This document shows, in pieces, positions 49,789 to 59,647 of a stretch of 64,000 nucleotides of DNA. Position 1 is the first letter of the stretch; each line of letters opens with the position of its first letter. Made by a program: the position numbers and the translations under genes. Under the pieces are notes generated by a model. That model searched no databases. It was not told where the DNA came from and saw nothing but the letters and a program-made list of their open reading frames with translations. This stretch comes from Eubacteriales bacterium (GTDB lineage: Bacteria > Bacillota > Clostridia > Oscillospirales > CAG-272), in assembly GCA_045632285.1 (NCBI GenBank), contig JAZQWJ010000075.1, positions 11,445 through 75,444 on the forward strand. The letters run 5' to 3'.

Positions 49789-50985
49789 ATGTTGACACTG
49801 GATAATGTCTACCGCGCAAGCTATGTGCTAAAGGACGTGGTCAGAAAGACTGACGTCATTTATGCCCCCAAGCTTTGCCCCGGTACCGAGCTTTATCTTA
49901 AAACCGAAAACCTGCAGGTGACGGGCTCCTTTAAGGTGCGCGGCGCTTACTATAAAATGTCCAAGCTGACCGACGAAGAGCGCGCACGCGGCGTGATCGC
50001 CTGCTCCGCAGGCAACCACGCCCAGGGCGTGGCGCTTGGCGCACAGAAAAACGGCATCAAGGCCGTGATCTGCCTGCCCGCAGGTGCCCCCATCTCCAAG
50101 GTGGAGGCGACCAAAAGCTACGGCGCCGAGGTCTGCCTTGTAGAGGGTGTTTACGACGATGCCTATCGCCGTGCCTTGGAATTGCGCGACGAAAAGGGCT
50201 ATACCTTCATTCACCCCTTTAACGACGAGGATGTGATCGCAGGTCAAGGCACCATCGCGCTGGAGCTTGCCGAGCAGCTTTCCGATATCGATGTGGTTTT
50301 GGTGCCTGTGGGCGGAGGCGGTCTCATTTCGGGTGTTGCCTTTACCATGAAGACCCTGAATCCCAACGTTAAGGTCTACGGCGTACAAGCCACCGGTGCC
50401 CCCTCTATGGCCAATTCGATGCATCACGGCAAGATCGAAGCGTTGCCTTCAGTCTCTACCATTGCAGACGGCATTGCCGTTAAGGTACCCGGAGATCTGA
50501 CCTATGAGCTGTGCAGCAAATACGTTGATGATGTCGTAACCGTCAGCGATGACGAGATCTCGGCCGCTATTCTTGCCCTGATGGAGCAGCACAAGCTGGC
50601 CACCGAGGGCGCCGGCGCGGTAGCTGTTGCCGCCGCTATGTTCGGCAAGGTGGATCTGAAGGGTAAAAAGGCAGTTTGCCTTTGCTCCGGCGGCAACATT
50701 GACGTGACCATTCTGTCCCGTGTGATCCAACGCGGCCTCTTGATGTCCGGCCGTACTTGTCAGATGACCATCGAGCTGATGGATAAGCCCGGCCAGCTGT
50801 TGGCTGTCTCCCGTGTGATCGCAGAGCTGGGCGGCAACGTGATCGAGGTGCATCACGAGCATTCCAGAGGTGGCTCCGACGTCAACGGATGCTATTTGCG
50901 TGTGACCCTTGAGACCCGTAATTTTGAACATATTCAGGAGATCCGCACCGCGTTGGCTGATGCAGGCCTCCACGTGATCGAATAA
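49789..50985 (+). CDS. ilvA: threonine ammonia-lyase (biosynthetic type with C-terminal ACT-like domain)
   Basis: PLP-lysine motif GSFKVRGAY and glycine loop VGGGGLISG. The ATG at 49789 is preferred; the TTG at 49783 is possible. Confidence 0.9.
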   Translation: MLTLDNVYRASYVLKDVVRKTDVIYAPKLCPGTELYLKTENLQVTGSFKVRGAYYKMSKLTDEERARGVIACSAGNHAQGVALGAQKNGIKAVICLPAGAPISKVEATKSYGAEVCLVEGVYDDAYRRALELRDEKGYTFIHPFNDEDVIAGQGTIALELAEQLSDIDVVLVPVGGGGLISGVAFTMKTLNPNVKVYGVQATGAPSMANSMHHGKIEALPSVSTIADGIAVKVPGDLTYELCSKYVDDVVTVSDDEISAAILALMEQHKLATEGAGAVAVAAAMFGKVDLKGKKAVCLCSGGNIDVTILSRVIQRGLLMSGRTCQMTIELMDKPGQLLAVSRVIAELGGNVIEVHHEHSRGGSDVNGCYLRVTLETRNFEHIQEIRTALADAGLHVIE

Positions 50986-50996
50986 GGAGAATAACT

Positions 50997-51380
50997 ATGG
51001 CTGAACTGAAAAAAATCGCAACCGAAAAAGCCCCTGCCGCCATCGGCCCCTATTCTCAGGCTATCATTTGCGGTGATATGCTCTTCACCTCCGGCCAGAT
51101 CGCTATCGATCCCGCTGTTGGTGACATCGTTGCAAAGGATGTGGTCGGTCAGACCGAGCAGGTCATGAAAAATCTTGTTGCCGTATTGACCGAAGCCGGT
51201 ACTTCTATGGAAAATGCCGTCAAAACCACCTGCTTTCTCGCTGACATTGCCGATTTTGCCGCCTTTAACGAGGTTTATGGCAGATACTTTACCTCCAAGC
51301 CCGCTCGCAGCTGCGTGGCCGCCAAGGCCCTGCCCAAGGGGGCGCTTGTCGAGGTAGAGGTTATTGCCAAGATCGGCTAA
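50997..51380 (+). CDS. ridA: RidA-family reactive enamine/imine deaminase
   Basis: 127 aa with YjgF/RidA sequence (APAAIGPYSQA...PARSCV..LPKGALVEVE). Confidence 0.92.
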   Translation: MAELKKIATEKAPAAIGPYSQAIICGDMLFTSGQIAIDPAVGDIVAKDVVGQTEQVMKNLVAVLTEAGTSMENAVKTTCFLADIADFAAFNEVYGRYFTSKPARSCVAAKALPKGALVEVEVIAKIG

Positions 51381-51423
51381 AACGCATACCGTTTGCCTAC
51401 TTTTGTAAAGGAGATATAAATTT

Positions 51424-52443
51424 ATGGCTAAGAATATCGATTGGTCGAGCCTTGGCTTCGGCTATGTAAAAACCGACTGGCGTTACGTTTCCAACTATAA
51501 GGACGGCGCGTGGGATGACGGCGTGCTCACCGAGGATGCCAATATTGTGATGACCGAATGCGCAGGCGTTTTGCAGTACGCGCAAACCTGCTTCGAGGGC
51601 TTAAAGGCTTATACCACCAAGGATGGCAAGATCGTTTGCTTCCGCCCCGATCTCAATGCCGAGCGTATGATCTCCTCCTGCGACAAGCTTAAAATGCCCG
51701 CGTTCCCTGCAGAGCGCTTTATCGATGCCGTCAAAAAGGTCGTCGAGGCCAATCGCGAGTGGGTCCCCCCTTATGGGTCCGGCGCATCGCTTTATCTGCG
51801 TCCCTTTATGTTCGGCAGCGACGCTGTGATCGGCGTTAAGCCCGCAAAAGAGTATCAGTTCCGCATTTTTGCTACACCGGTTGGCCCTTATTTCAAGGGT
51901 GGCGTCAAGCCCTTGACCGTCCGCATCAGCGATCTCGATCGCGCCGCTCCTCGCGGCACCGGTCACGTTAAGGCCGGCCTTAACTATGCAATGAGCCTTT
52001 ACAATATCGTGGATGCACACGAGCAGGGCTATGACGAAAACATTTATCCCGACTCCGCTACGCGTACCTACGTAGAGGAGACCGGCGGCGCCAACATTTT
52101 GCTGGTTGCCAAGGATGGCACTGTGGTCACCCCCCTGTCGGATACCATTTTGCCCTCTATCACCCGCCGTTCGCTGATGTACGTGGCCGAGCATATTCTC
52201 GGTATGAAGGTCGAGCAGCGCAAGGTCCGTATCGATGAGCTTTCTGATTTTGTCGAATGTGGTCTGTGCGGTACTGCAGCCGTGATCTCTCCCGTTGGAA
52301 AGATCGTGGATCACGGCCGTGAGATCGTATACGGTATGGAGGATATGGGCCCCGTAACCAAAAAGCTTTACGAGACGTTGCGTGGCATTCAGATGGGTGA
52401 AATTCCCGCGCCCGAGGGTTGGATCGAAACGATTTGTGAATAA
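51424..52443 (+). CDS. ilvE: branched-chain amino acid aminotransferase
   Basis: 339 aa fold-type IV aminotransferase (CFEGLKAY..., GTGHVKAGLNY). Confidence 0.9.
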   Translation: MAKNIDWSSLGFGYVKTDWRYVSNYKDGAWDDGVLTEDANIVMTECAGVLQYAQTCFEGLKAYTTKDGKIVCFRPDLNAERMISSCDKLKMPAFPAERFIDAVKKVVEANREWVPPYGSGASLYLRPFMFGSDAVIGVKPAKEYQFRIFATPVGPYFKGGVKPLTVRISDLDRAAPRGTGHVKAGLNYAMSLYNIVDAHEQGYDENIYPDSATRTYVEETGGANILLVAKDGTVVTPLSDTILPSITRRSLMYVAEHILGMKVEQRKVRIDELSDFVECGLCGTAAVISPVGKIVDHGREIVYGMEDMGPVTKKLYETLRGIQMGEIPAPEGWIETICE

Positions 52444-52452
52444 GTTTTCATT

Positions 52453-52487
52453 AAAAACCACCCTCGGAGCCTCCGTGGGTGGTTTTT
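52453..52487 (+). terminator. rho-independent terminator of the BCAA operon
   Basis: Stem aaaaaccaccc...gggtggttttt. Confidence 0.75.
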
Positions 52488-52522
52488 AAATGAAAATATA
52501 CGAATATTTATGCAAAAAGCTC

Positions 52523-52551
52523 TTGACTTTATCACTTTAACATGATAAAAT
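52523..52551 (+). promoter_or_regulatory. sigma-A-type promoter of yerC-his
   Basis: TTGACT at 52523-52528, a 17-nt spacer ending TGa, and TAAAAT at 52546-52551. Confidence 0.6.
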
Positions 52552-52582
52552 GATGATATATTCCCAAAAAGGTGGTTTTGTT

Positions 52583-52891
52583 ATGGAAGCTTTGCATACT
52601 CCTGAGATCAAGCGCCTGTATCGGGCTGTCTTGAGATTGGAAACAGAAGAAGAATGTAGAATTTTTTTCGAGGATCTTTGCACCGTAAAAGAGGTGCGCG
52701 ATCTTGCGCAACGCTTAGAGGTTGCAAATATGCTGCATAGCGGCAAGAATTATCAAGAGATATCGGCGCTGACCGGCGCCTCTACCGCAACCATCAGCCG
52801 TGTCAAAAAATGTCTGCTTTACGGCAGCGGCGGTTATCGCAACGCGGTGATGGAGGTTGCAGAGCAAGGAGACACTGATGAGGATCAATGA
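52583..52891 (+). CDS. yerC: TrpR-like YerC/YecD-family DNA-binding protein
   Basis: 102 aa from MEALHTPEIKRLY. Contains FEDLCTVKEVRDLAQRLEVA and YQEISALTGASTATISRVKKCL (HTH). Confidence 0.85.
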   Translation: MEALHTPEIKRLYRAVLRLETEEECRIFFEDLCTVKEVRDLAQRLEVANMLHSGKNYQEISALTGASTATISRVKKCLLYGSGGYRNAVMEVAEQGDTDEDQ

Positions 52892-53981
52892 GATCGTTTT
52901 AAAAAACGAAGAGCGCGTTTCATTGCGCTTGCGTGAGCTATACCGCTCCTATGGCTACACGCAATATAAAATGAGCAAATTTGAGGAGTATGACCTCTAT
53001 GCCCGCAACAAGGATTTCTTGATTTCGGATAACGTCATAACCTTTACCGATACAAACGGAAAGCTGATGGCGCTTAAGCCTGACGTAACGCTGTCTATCG
53101 TCAAGAACACCAAGGCGGGCGAAGGACTGCGCAAGGTGTATTACGACGAAAACGTCTATCGCGTTTCCGATGGCAGCCATGCCTATCGTGAGATCGCGCA
53201 AACGGGCTTGGAATGCATTGGAGACGTAGACGATTATGCCATTGCCGAGGTGCTGATGCTGGCCGCCGAAAGCCTTTCTCGCATTTCCGGCGATTATGTG
53301 CTTGACGTATCCGAGCTGGACATCGTTTCTGCCGTAATCGACAGCTTTAACGTGGATCGCGAGACCCGTTCTGCATTGCTGACGGCAGTTGGTGAAAAAA
53401 ATCTGCATACGGTCAGCGCGCTTGCTGCCAATGCCGCAGTTCCGGCCGAAAAGGCAACACTTTTGCAAGCGCTGATAGAACTGCAGGGGGATAGCGAGAC
53501 CGTGATCACCGCACTGCGTGCTATGCTGGCGGATACGGCTGCTATGCCCGCGGTCGAGCGGCTGGCGCGCATTATGACGGCACTGAAGAGCGTTGGATGC
53601 GACGACAGGATCCACATTGATTTTTCTGTTGTAGACGATATGAATTATTACAACGGCATCGTGTTTAAGGGCTTTGTCAACGGCGTGCCCACAGGCGTAC
53701 TGTCCGGCGGACAGTATGACCGCTTGATGAAAAAAATGGGCAAGCAAACAGGGGCGATCGGCTTTGCCGTCTACCTTGATCTGCTGGAGCGCTTGCACGA
53801 CAGTCCAAAAAGCTATGACGTAGACGTGCTGGTGCTGTATAATGCCCAAATGCCCGCTGCCGCGCTGTTGAAAGCCGCACGCGCTTTGGGCGAGACGGGA
53901 GAGAGCGTGCTGATGCGCACCGCGATTCCCACAGATCTGCGCTATGGGTGTTTGGTCGATCTGACAAAGGGGGAGTGCTGA
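52878..53981 (+). CDS. hisZ: ATP phosphoribosyltransferase regulatory subunit
   Basis: 367 aa HisRS paralog without an anticodon-binding domain, lying immediately upstream of a short-form hisG. Overlaps yerC by 14 nt. Confidence 0.85.
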   Translation: MRINEIVLKNEERVSLRLRELYRSYGYTQYKMSKFEEYDLYARNKDFLISDNVITFTDTNGKLMALKPDVTLSIVKNTKAGEGLRKVYYDENVYRVSDGSHAYREIAQTGLECIGDVDDYAIAEVLMLAAESLSRISGDYVLDVSELDIVSAVIDSFNVDRETRSALLTAVGEKNLHTVSALAANAAVPAEKATLLQALIELQGDSETVITALRAMLADTAAMPAVERLARIMTALKSVGCDDRIHIDFSVVDDMNYYNGIVFKGFVNGVPTGVLSGGQYDRLMKKMGKQTGAIGFAVYLDLLERLHDSPKSYDVDVLVLYNAQMPAAALLKAARALGETGESVLMRTAIPTDLRYGCLVDLTKGEC

Positions 53982-53982
53982 T

Positions 53983-54612
53983 ATGTTGAATATTGCATTA
54001 CCCAAGGGCAGACTGGGCGAAAAGGTTTATGCTATGTTTGAGGCGGCCGGCTTCGAGTGCCCTTCTATCAAAGAACAAAATCGCAAGCTGATCTTTGAAA
54101 ACGAGGCCGTCGGTGTTCGTTATTTCTGGGTCAAGCCCTCTGACGTGGCCATTTACGTTGAGCGCGGTGCTGCCGACATCGGCGTTGCAGGCAAGGATAT
54201 TTTGCTGGAATACGAGCCCGATGTTTACGAGCTGTTCGATCTTGATATCGGCAAATGCCGTATGGCCGTGGCAGCTAAAAACGATTTTCGCGACGATCCG
54301 CAAAAAACGCTTCGCGTGGCCACCAAATTCTCTAACATTGCAAGAAATTACTATACCGCGCAAGGGCGCGATATTGATATTATCCACCTCAACGGCTCCA
54401 TCGAGATCGCGCCCATTCTGGGGCTTTCCGATGTGATCGTGGATATCGTAGAAACGGGCACTACGCTCAAAGAAAACGATCTTTCGGTGTATGAGACCAT
54501 CGTACCCATCAGCGCAAGACTGATCGCCAACAAGGCAAGCTATAAATTCAAAAGTGAACCCATCAAGGCCATCCTGCAAAGCCTTGCAGAGATGGCAAAG
54601 GAGCAGAAATGA
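53983..54612 (+). CDS. hisG: ATP phosphoribosyltransferase (short form)
   Basis: 209 aa starting MLNIALPKGRL. Confidence 0.93.
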   Translation: MLNIALPKGRLGEKVYAMFEAAGFECPSIKEQNRKLIFENEAVGVRYFWVKPSDVAIYVERGAADIGVAGKDILLEYEPDVYELFDLDIGKCRMAVAAKNDFRDDPQKTLRVATKFSNIARNYYTAQGRDIDIIHLNGSIEIAPILGLSDVIVDIVETGTTLKENDLSVYETIVPISARLIANKASYKFKSEPIKAILQSLAEMAKEQK

Positions 54613-55889
54613 TCAAGATTCTGAAATACGGCGAGGTGGCAAACAGCGATATTTTCGCCCGTGTGACCCCCACCGTTGACGTAGAGGCCATTGTTACCGA
54701 TATCATTGCCAACGTGCGCAAAAGCGGCGACAAGGCACTGTACGAATATTGCGAAAGATTTGATAAGGTCAAGCTGGAGGCGCTTGCCGTTAGCGAGGCG
54801 GAGCTGGACGCCGCCATGACCGAGGTCCCTGCTGATTTTTTGCGTATTCTGCGTGTAGCGGCTGAAAACATCCGCCGCTTTCACGAAAAGCAAAAGCGGA
54901 ACAGCTTTATTTTAAACGAGCAGGATGGCGTTGTTATGGGTCAAAAGGTGACCCCTGTGGATCGCGCGGGACTGTACGTGCCCGGCGGCACAGCAGCCTA
55001 TCCTTCCACCGTTTTGATGGATGCGATCCCCGCTAAGATCGCAGGCGTTCCCCAGGTCGTAATGGTCTCGCCTCCCGGCAAGGATGGCAAGATCCCCGCG
55101 GTCATTCTGGTCGCTGCGCGTATCGCGGGTGTTGACAAGATCTTTAAGCTTGGCGGCGCACAGGCCATTGCCGCGCTTGCCTACGGCACCGAAAGCGTGC
55201 CCAAGGTCGACAAGATCGTTGGCCCCGGCAACGCCTTTGTGGCAGAGGCCAAAAAGCAGGTGTTCGGCACCGTATCCATTGATATGATCGCAGGCCCCAG
55301 CGAGATCCTGGTGATCGCAGACGGCTCTGCCGATCCCCGTCACGTGGCCGCAGATCTGCTCTCTCAGGCCGAGCACGATAAGCTGGCAAGCGCTGTGCTC
55401 GTCACCGACAGTATGGAGCTTGCCAAGGCCGTACAGGCCGAGATCGAGGTGCAGCTTTCCACCCTCGAGCGTGAAGAAATCGCCCGCGCGTCTATTGATA
55501 ACAACGGCAAGATCATCGTAGCGCCCGATCTGCAAAAGGGCATCGAGATCTCCAACGAGATCGCTCCCGAGCATCTGGAGCTTTGCGTAGACAACCCCTT
55601 TGATTATCTGGATAAGATCCGTCACGCAGGCTCGATCTTTATGGGCAAAAATTGCCCCGAGGCACTGGGCGACTATCTGGCGGGCCCCAATCACACCCTG
55701 CCCACCAGCGGCACGGCAAAATTCTCAAGCCCCTTGTCGGTGGATGATTTTGTGAAAAAGACCCAGTACACCTACTTCACCCGTGACGCACTTTCCCGTG
55801 TGGCCGAGGACGTGGCGTATTTTGCCCGCAAGGAGGGGCTGACCGCCCACGCAAGAAGCGCCGTGATACGCTTTGAGGAGGAGAAATGA
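54609..55889 (+). CDS. hisD: histidinol dehydrogenase
   Basis: 426 aa with SQAEHD and GDYLAGPNHTLPT motifs. Confidence 0.95.
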   Translation: MIKILKYGEVANSDIFARVTPTVDVEAIVTDIIANVRKSGDKALYEYCERFDKVKLEALAVSEAELDAAMTEVPADFLRILRVAAENIRRFHEKQKRNSFILNEQDGVVMGQKVTPVDRAGLYVPGGTAAYPSTVLMDAIPAKIAGVPQVVMVSPPGKDGKIPAVILVAARIAGVDKIFKLGGAQAIAALAYGTESVPKVDKIVGPGNAFVAEAKKQVFGTVSIDMIAGPSEILVIADGSADPRHVAADLLSQAEHDKLASAVLVTDSMELAKAVQAEIEVQLSTLEREEIARASIDNNGKIIVAPDLQKGIEISNEIAPEHLELCVDNPFDYLDKIRHAGSIFMGKNCPEALGDYLAGPNHTLPTSGTAKFSSPLSVDDFVKKTQYTYFTRDALSRVAEDVAYFARKEGLTAHARSAVIRFEEEK

Positions 55890-56950
55890 GCAGGTTTTTC
55901 AGTGAAAGATTCGCCGGTCTTGTACCCTATACTCCCGGTGAACAGCCCCGCGAGCGTAAGTTTATCAAGCTCAACACCAACGAAAGCCCCTTTCCTCCGT
56001 CTCAAAAAGCGGTAAAGGCCGCTGCCGAGGCTGCCGAAAAATTACAACTGTATTCCGACCCCACCTGCAAGCTTCTTGCTGAAAAAGTGGCCGAACGGTA
56101 TGAGGTTTCACCCGATGAGGTGATTTTGGTCAACGGCTCTGACGAGGTTTTGAACTTTGCCTTTATGGCGTTTTGCGATCAAGGTCACCCTGCCGCCTTT
56201 GCCGATATCACCTATGGCTTTTACGAGGTGTTTGCCGAGCTGCATCACGTTCCCTATGAAAAGATCCCGCTGCGCGAGGATTTCTCCATCGGGGTAGAGG
56301 ACTATATCGGCATTGGTAAAACTATTTTTATTGCCAACCCCAACGCCCCCACGGGCAAGACGATTTCTGTCGTCGATGTCGAGCGTATTTTGCAAAGCAA
56401 CCCCGATAACGTGGTCGTGATCGACGAGGCGTACGTGGATTTTGGGGCAGAGAGTTGTGTGCCGCTGATCAAAAAGTACGACAATCTTTTGATCACGCAG
56501 ACCTTTTCCAAATCCCGCTCAATGGCAGGCGCCAGACTTGGCTTTGGCATTGGCTCTAAGGCGCTGATCGCAGATTTGCACACTATCCGTTATTCCACCA
56601 ACCCTTACAACGTCAATTCTATGACGCTGGCGGCGGGCTACGGCGTGCTGTGCGACGAGGCGTATACGCAAATTAACTGCCAAACGGTATGCGAAAATCG
56701 CACTTTTGCCATGGCAGAGCTGCAAAAAATGGGCTTTGAGATGACCGATTCCAAGGCCAACTTCATCTTTGCCAAGCACCCCCGCATGGGCGGCGGAGAG
56801 ATCTATCAAAAGCTGCGCGATCGCGGCATTCTGGTGCGCCATTTTGAAAAGCCGCGCATCAAGGACTACAACCGAATCACCGTGGGCACAAGGGCCGAAA
56901 TGGAGGCCCTGATCGCGGCCCTTGGTGAAATTCTGGAGGACGTAAAATGA
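55886..56950 (+). CDS. hisC: histidinol-phosphate aminotransferase
   Basis: 354 aa with NPNAPTG and the FSKSRSMAGARLG PLP-lysine region. Confidence 0.92.
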   Translation: MSRFFSERFAGLVPYTPGEQPRERKFIKLNTNESPFPPSQKAVKAAAEAAEKLQLYSDPTCKLLAEKVAERYEVSPDEVILVNGSDEVLNFAFMAFCDQGHPAAFADITYGFYEVFAELHHVPYEKIPLREDFSIGVEDYIGIGKTIFIANPNAPTGKTISVVDVERILQSNPDNVVVIDEAYVDFGAESCVPLIKKYDNLLITQTFSKSRSMAGARLGFGIGSKALIADLHTIRYSTNPYNVNSMTLAAGYGVLCDEAYTQINCQTVCENRTFAMAELQKMGFEMTDSKANFIFAKHPRMGGGEIYQKLRDRGILVRHFEKPRIKDYNRITVGTRAEMEALIAALGEILEDVK

Positions 56951-57534
56951 GAACTGCACAAATCAAGCGTGATACGGCCGAAACCAAGATCGAGCTGACC
57001 CTTGCTCTGGAGGGCAAAGGTCGCGCAAGCATCGATACGGGTTGCGGTTTTCTTGACCATATGCTCACGCTTTTGGCGGGACACGGCAGATTTGACCTGA
57101 CGGTCAACTGCAAGGGTGACACCAATGTAGACGATCACCACACCGTTGAGGATGTGGGCATCGCCCTCGGTCAGGCCTTTGCCAAGGCTCTTGGCGACAA
57201 AAAGGGCATTACCCGCTACGGCACCGTGACTGTTCCTATGGACGAGGCGCTTGTGATGTGCGCTCTCGATCTGTCGGGCCGTTGTGGCTATTACGGTGAG
57301 CTAAAGCTCCCCTCGCGCCGCGTGGGTAGCTTTGATACCGAGCTTGCAGACGAGTTTTTCGTGGCATTTTGCCGCACTGCCGCCGCAACGCTGCACTTTG
57401 TGCAGTTTGCAGGTAACAATACGCACCACATCATCGAGTGTGCCTTTAAGGCCCTTGGCCGCGCTTTGCGTGTTGCCGTTTCCATTGATCCCGAGTTTGC
57501 AAACGAGATCCCCTCTACGAAGGGAGTGCTTTGA
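56947..57534 (+). CDS. hisB: imidazoleglycerol-phosphate dehydratase
   Basis: 195 aa with DTGCGFLDHML and DDHHTVEDVGIALG. Monofunctional, with no phosphatase domain. Confidence 0.95.
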   Translation: MRTAQIKRDTAETKIELTLALEGKGRASIDTGCGFLDHMLTLLAGHGRFDLTVNCKGDTNVDDHHTVEDVGIALGQAFAKALGDKKGITRYGTVTVPMDEALVMCALDLSGRCGYYGELKLPSRRVGSFDTELADEFFVAFCRTAAATLHFVQFAGNNTHHIIECAFKALGRALRVAVSIDPEFANEIPSTKGVL

Positions 57535-58151
57535 TGGTTGCGATCGTTGATTACGGCGTTGGAAATCTGTTTTCGCTGCAGTCCTCCTTTGCCTCTATCG
57601 GCGTTGATGCCGTTGTGACCTCGGAGCCCGCCGTGCTGCACGCCGCCGACCGCATCGTGCTGCCGGGTGTCGGCGCCTTTGGCGATGCCGCCGAAAAGCT
57701 GCGCGCCTCGGGGCTTGCCGACATGGTGGTTGCCGAGGCCAAGGCAGGAAAGCCTCTGCTTGGCATCTGCCTTGGTATGCAGCTGCTGTTTGATAAAAGT
57801 CTGGAATACGGCGAGCACCAAGGACTTGGGCTGATCCCGGGTGAGGTGCGTCCCATTGCCGAGGTGATCCCCGAGGGACTTAAAATTCCGCACATCGGCT
57901 GGAACGCTTTGCATTTCGGCAACAAAAAAAGCCCCTTGTTCCGCTATCTTAGCGAGGGCGATTTTGTTTATTTCGTTCATTCGTTTTACGGTGCCAAGTG
58001 CGAGGATAGCGTGATCGCTACTGCCGAATACGGCGCCGAGCTAACTGCCGCCGTGGCACGTGACAACGTGTTCGGCTGTCAGTTCCATCCCGAAAAAAGC
58101 GGCGAGGTCGGCATGAGGATCCTCCGCGCATTTTGCGAAAAGGAGGCATAA
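57531..58151 (+). CDS. hisH: imidazole glycerol phosphate synthase, glutaminase subunit
   Basis: 206 aa with VDYGVGNL and the GICLGMQ nucleophile. Confidence 0.93.
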   Translation: MMVAIVDYGVGNLFSLQSSFASIGVDAVVTSEPAVLHAADRIVLPGVGAFGDAAEKLRASGLADMVVAEAKAGKPLLGICLGMQLLFDKSLEYGEHQGLGLIPGEVRPIAEVIPEGLKIPHIGWNALHFGNKKSPLFRYLSEGDFVYFVHSFYGAKCEDSVIATAEYGAELTAAVARDNVFGCQFHPEKSGEVGMRILRAFCEKEA

Positions 58152-58153
58152 CG

Positions 58154-58870
58154 GTGTTAATTTTCCCTGCAATCGACCTCTTTGGAGGCAAGGCCGTACG
58201 CCTTTACAAGGGCGACTATGACCAAATGACCGTTTATAACGAAAACCCGCTGGCCGTGGCCAAGGATTTTGCCGCCTGCGGCGCCGTTTGGCTGCACACG
58301 GTGGATCTTGAGGGCGCCCGCAACGGTGAAACACCTAACCTTGCAACGGTTGAAAAATTGGTAAAGGAAAGCGGCCTTATGGTTGAGGTGGGCGGCGGCA
58401 TCCGCAGTATGGATGTTGTTGACCGCTATCTTTCGGCAGGCGTCAGCCGTGTCATTTTGGGCACTGCCGCCGTCAAGGACGAGGCCTTTCTCAAGGCTGC
58501 TCTTGCAAAATACGGCGAGCGTATTGCCGTTGGCATCGACATCAAGGATGGAAAGGTGGCCATCAAGGGCTGGACAGAAAAATCCGACCTTGACGCAATG
58601 GAGTTTTGCGCCAAAATGGAGCAGATGGGTGTCAAAACCATCATCTGCACCGATATCTCCAAGGATGGCGCTATGAAGGGCGCCAATCACGCCCTTTACC
58701 GTGAAATGAGCGCACGCTTTGGCGTGCAGATCATCGCCTCGGGCGGCGTTTCGTCTATGGAGGACGTAGAAAAGCTTGCCGCACTCGGCATTTACGGTGC
58801 CATCGTGGGCAAGGCCTATTACGTGGGCGCCATTGACCTGAAAAAAGCGATCGAGGTGGCAAAAGCATGA
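58154..58870 (+). CDS. hisA: ProFAR isomerase
   Basis: GTG start with AAGGAGG 8 nt upstream. N-terminus (V)LIFPAIDLFGGKAVRL. Confidence 0.9.
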   Translation: MLIFPAIDLFGGKAVRLYKGDYDQMTVYNENPLAVAKDFAACGAVWLHTVDLEGARNGETPNLATVEKLVKESGLMVEVGGGIRSMDVVDRYLSAGVSRVILGTAAVKDEAFLKAALAKYGERIAVGIDIKDGKVAIKGWTEKSDLDAMEFCAKMEQMGVKTIICTDISKDGAMKGANHALYREMSARFGVQIIASGGVSSMEDVEKLAALGIYGAIVGKAYYVGAIDLKKAIEVAKA

Positions 58871-59637
58871 TTACAAAGCGCATTATCCCTTGTCTGGACG
58901 TGAAAAACGGCCGTGTGGTCAAGGGTGTGAATTTCGAGGGGCTGAGCGACGTGTCCTCCCCCGTGGAACTCGGCCGTTATTACAGCGAAAACGGCGCTGA
59001 CGAGCTTGTGTTTTATGACATTACCGCCTCTGCCGAGGGGCGCGCGCTGTTTACCGATATTCTCCGCGAGGTGGCGTCTACCATTTTCATTCCCCTGACG
59101 GTGGGCGGCGGCATCAATACGCTGGAGGATTTTGACCGCGTGCTGAAATGCGGTGCCGATAAGGTCAGCGTCAATTCGGGTGCCATTCGCAATCCTTCGC
59201 TTGTGGGCGAGGCCGCCAAGCGCTACGGCGATCAGTGCGTGGTGCTTTCGGTGGACGTGAAGCGCGTGGACGGCGTGTTCCGTGTGTTTGCCAAGGGCGG
59301 CAGAGAAAACACGGGCATGGAGGCCATTTCCTGGATCAAGCGCTGTGTTGACGCAGGTGCCGGCGAGATCGTGGTCAATTCCATTGATACCGACGGCGTG
59401 AAAAAGGGCTTTGACCTTGAAATGCTGGAGGCCGTGTGCAACGCCGTTTCCGTTCCCGTGATCGCCTCGGGCGGTGCGGGCTGCATTGAGGATTTTACCA
59501 AGCTGTTCAAAACGCTGCCGGGCGTGGACGCGGGGCTTGCCGCCTCGATCTTCCACTTTGGAGAGGTCGCCATTCCCGATCTGAAAAATACACTTGCCAA
59601 GGAGGGCATCCCGATGCGTATGCTGCGCAAGGGCTGA
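58867..59637 (+). CDS. hisF: imidazole glycerol phosphate synthase, cyclase subunit
   Basis: 256 aa starting KRIIPCLDVKNGRVVKG. Confidence 0.95.
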   Translation: MITKRIIPCLDVKNGRVVKGVNFEGLSDVSSPVELGRYYSENGADELVFYDITASAEGRALFTDILREVASTIFIPLTVGGGINTLEDFDRVLKCGADKVSVNSGAIRNPSLVGEAAKRYGDQCVVLSVDVKRVDGVFRVFAKGGRENTGMEAISWIKRCVDAGAGEIVVNSIDTDGVKKGFDLEMLEAVCNAVSVPVIASGGAGCIEDFTKLFKTLPGVDAGLAASIFHFGEVAIPDLKNTLAKEGIPMRMLRKG

Positions 59638-59647
59638 AAGGACGATT

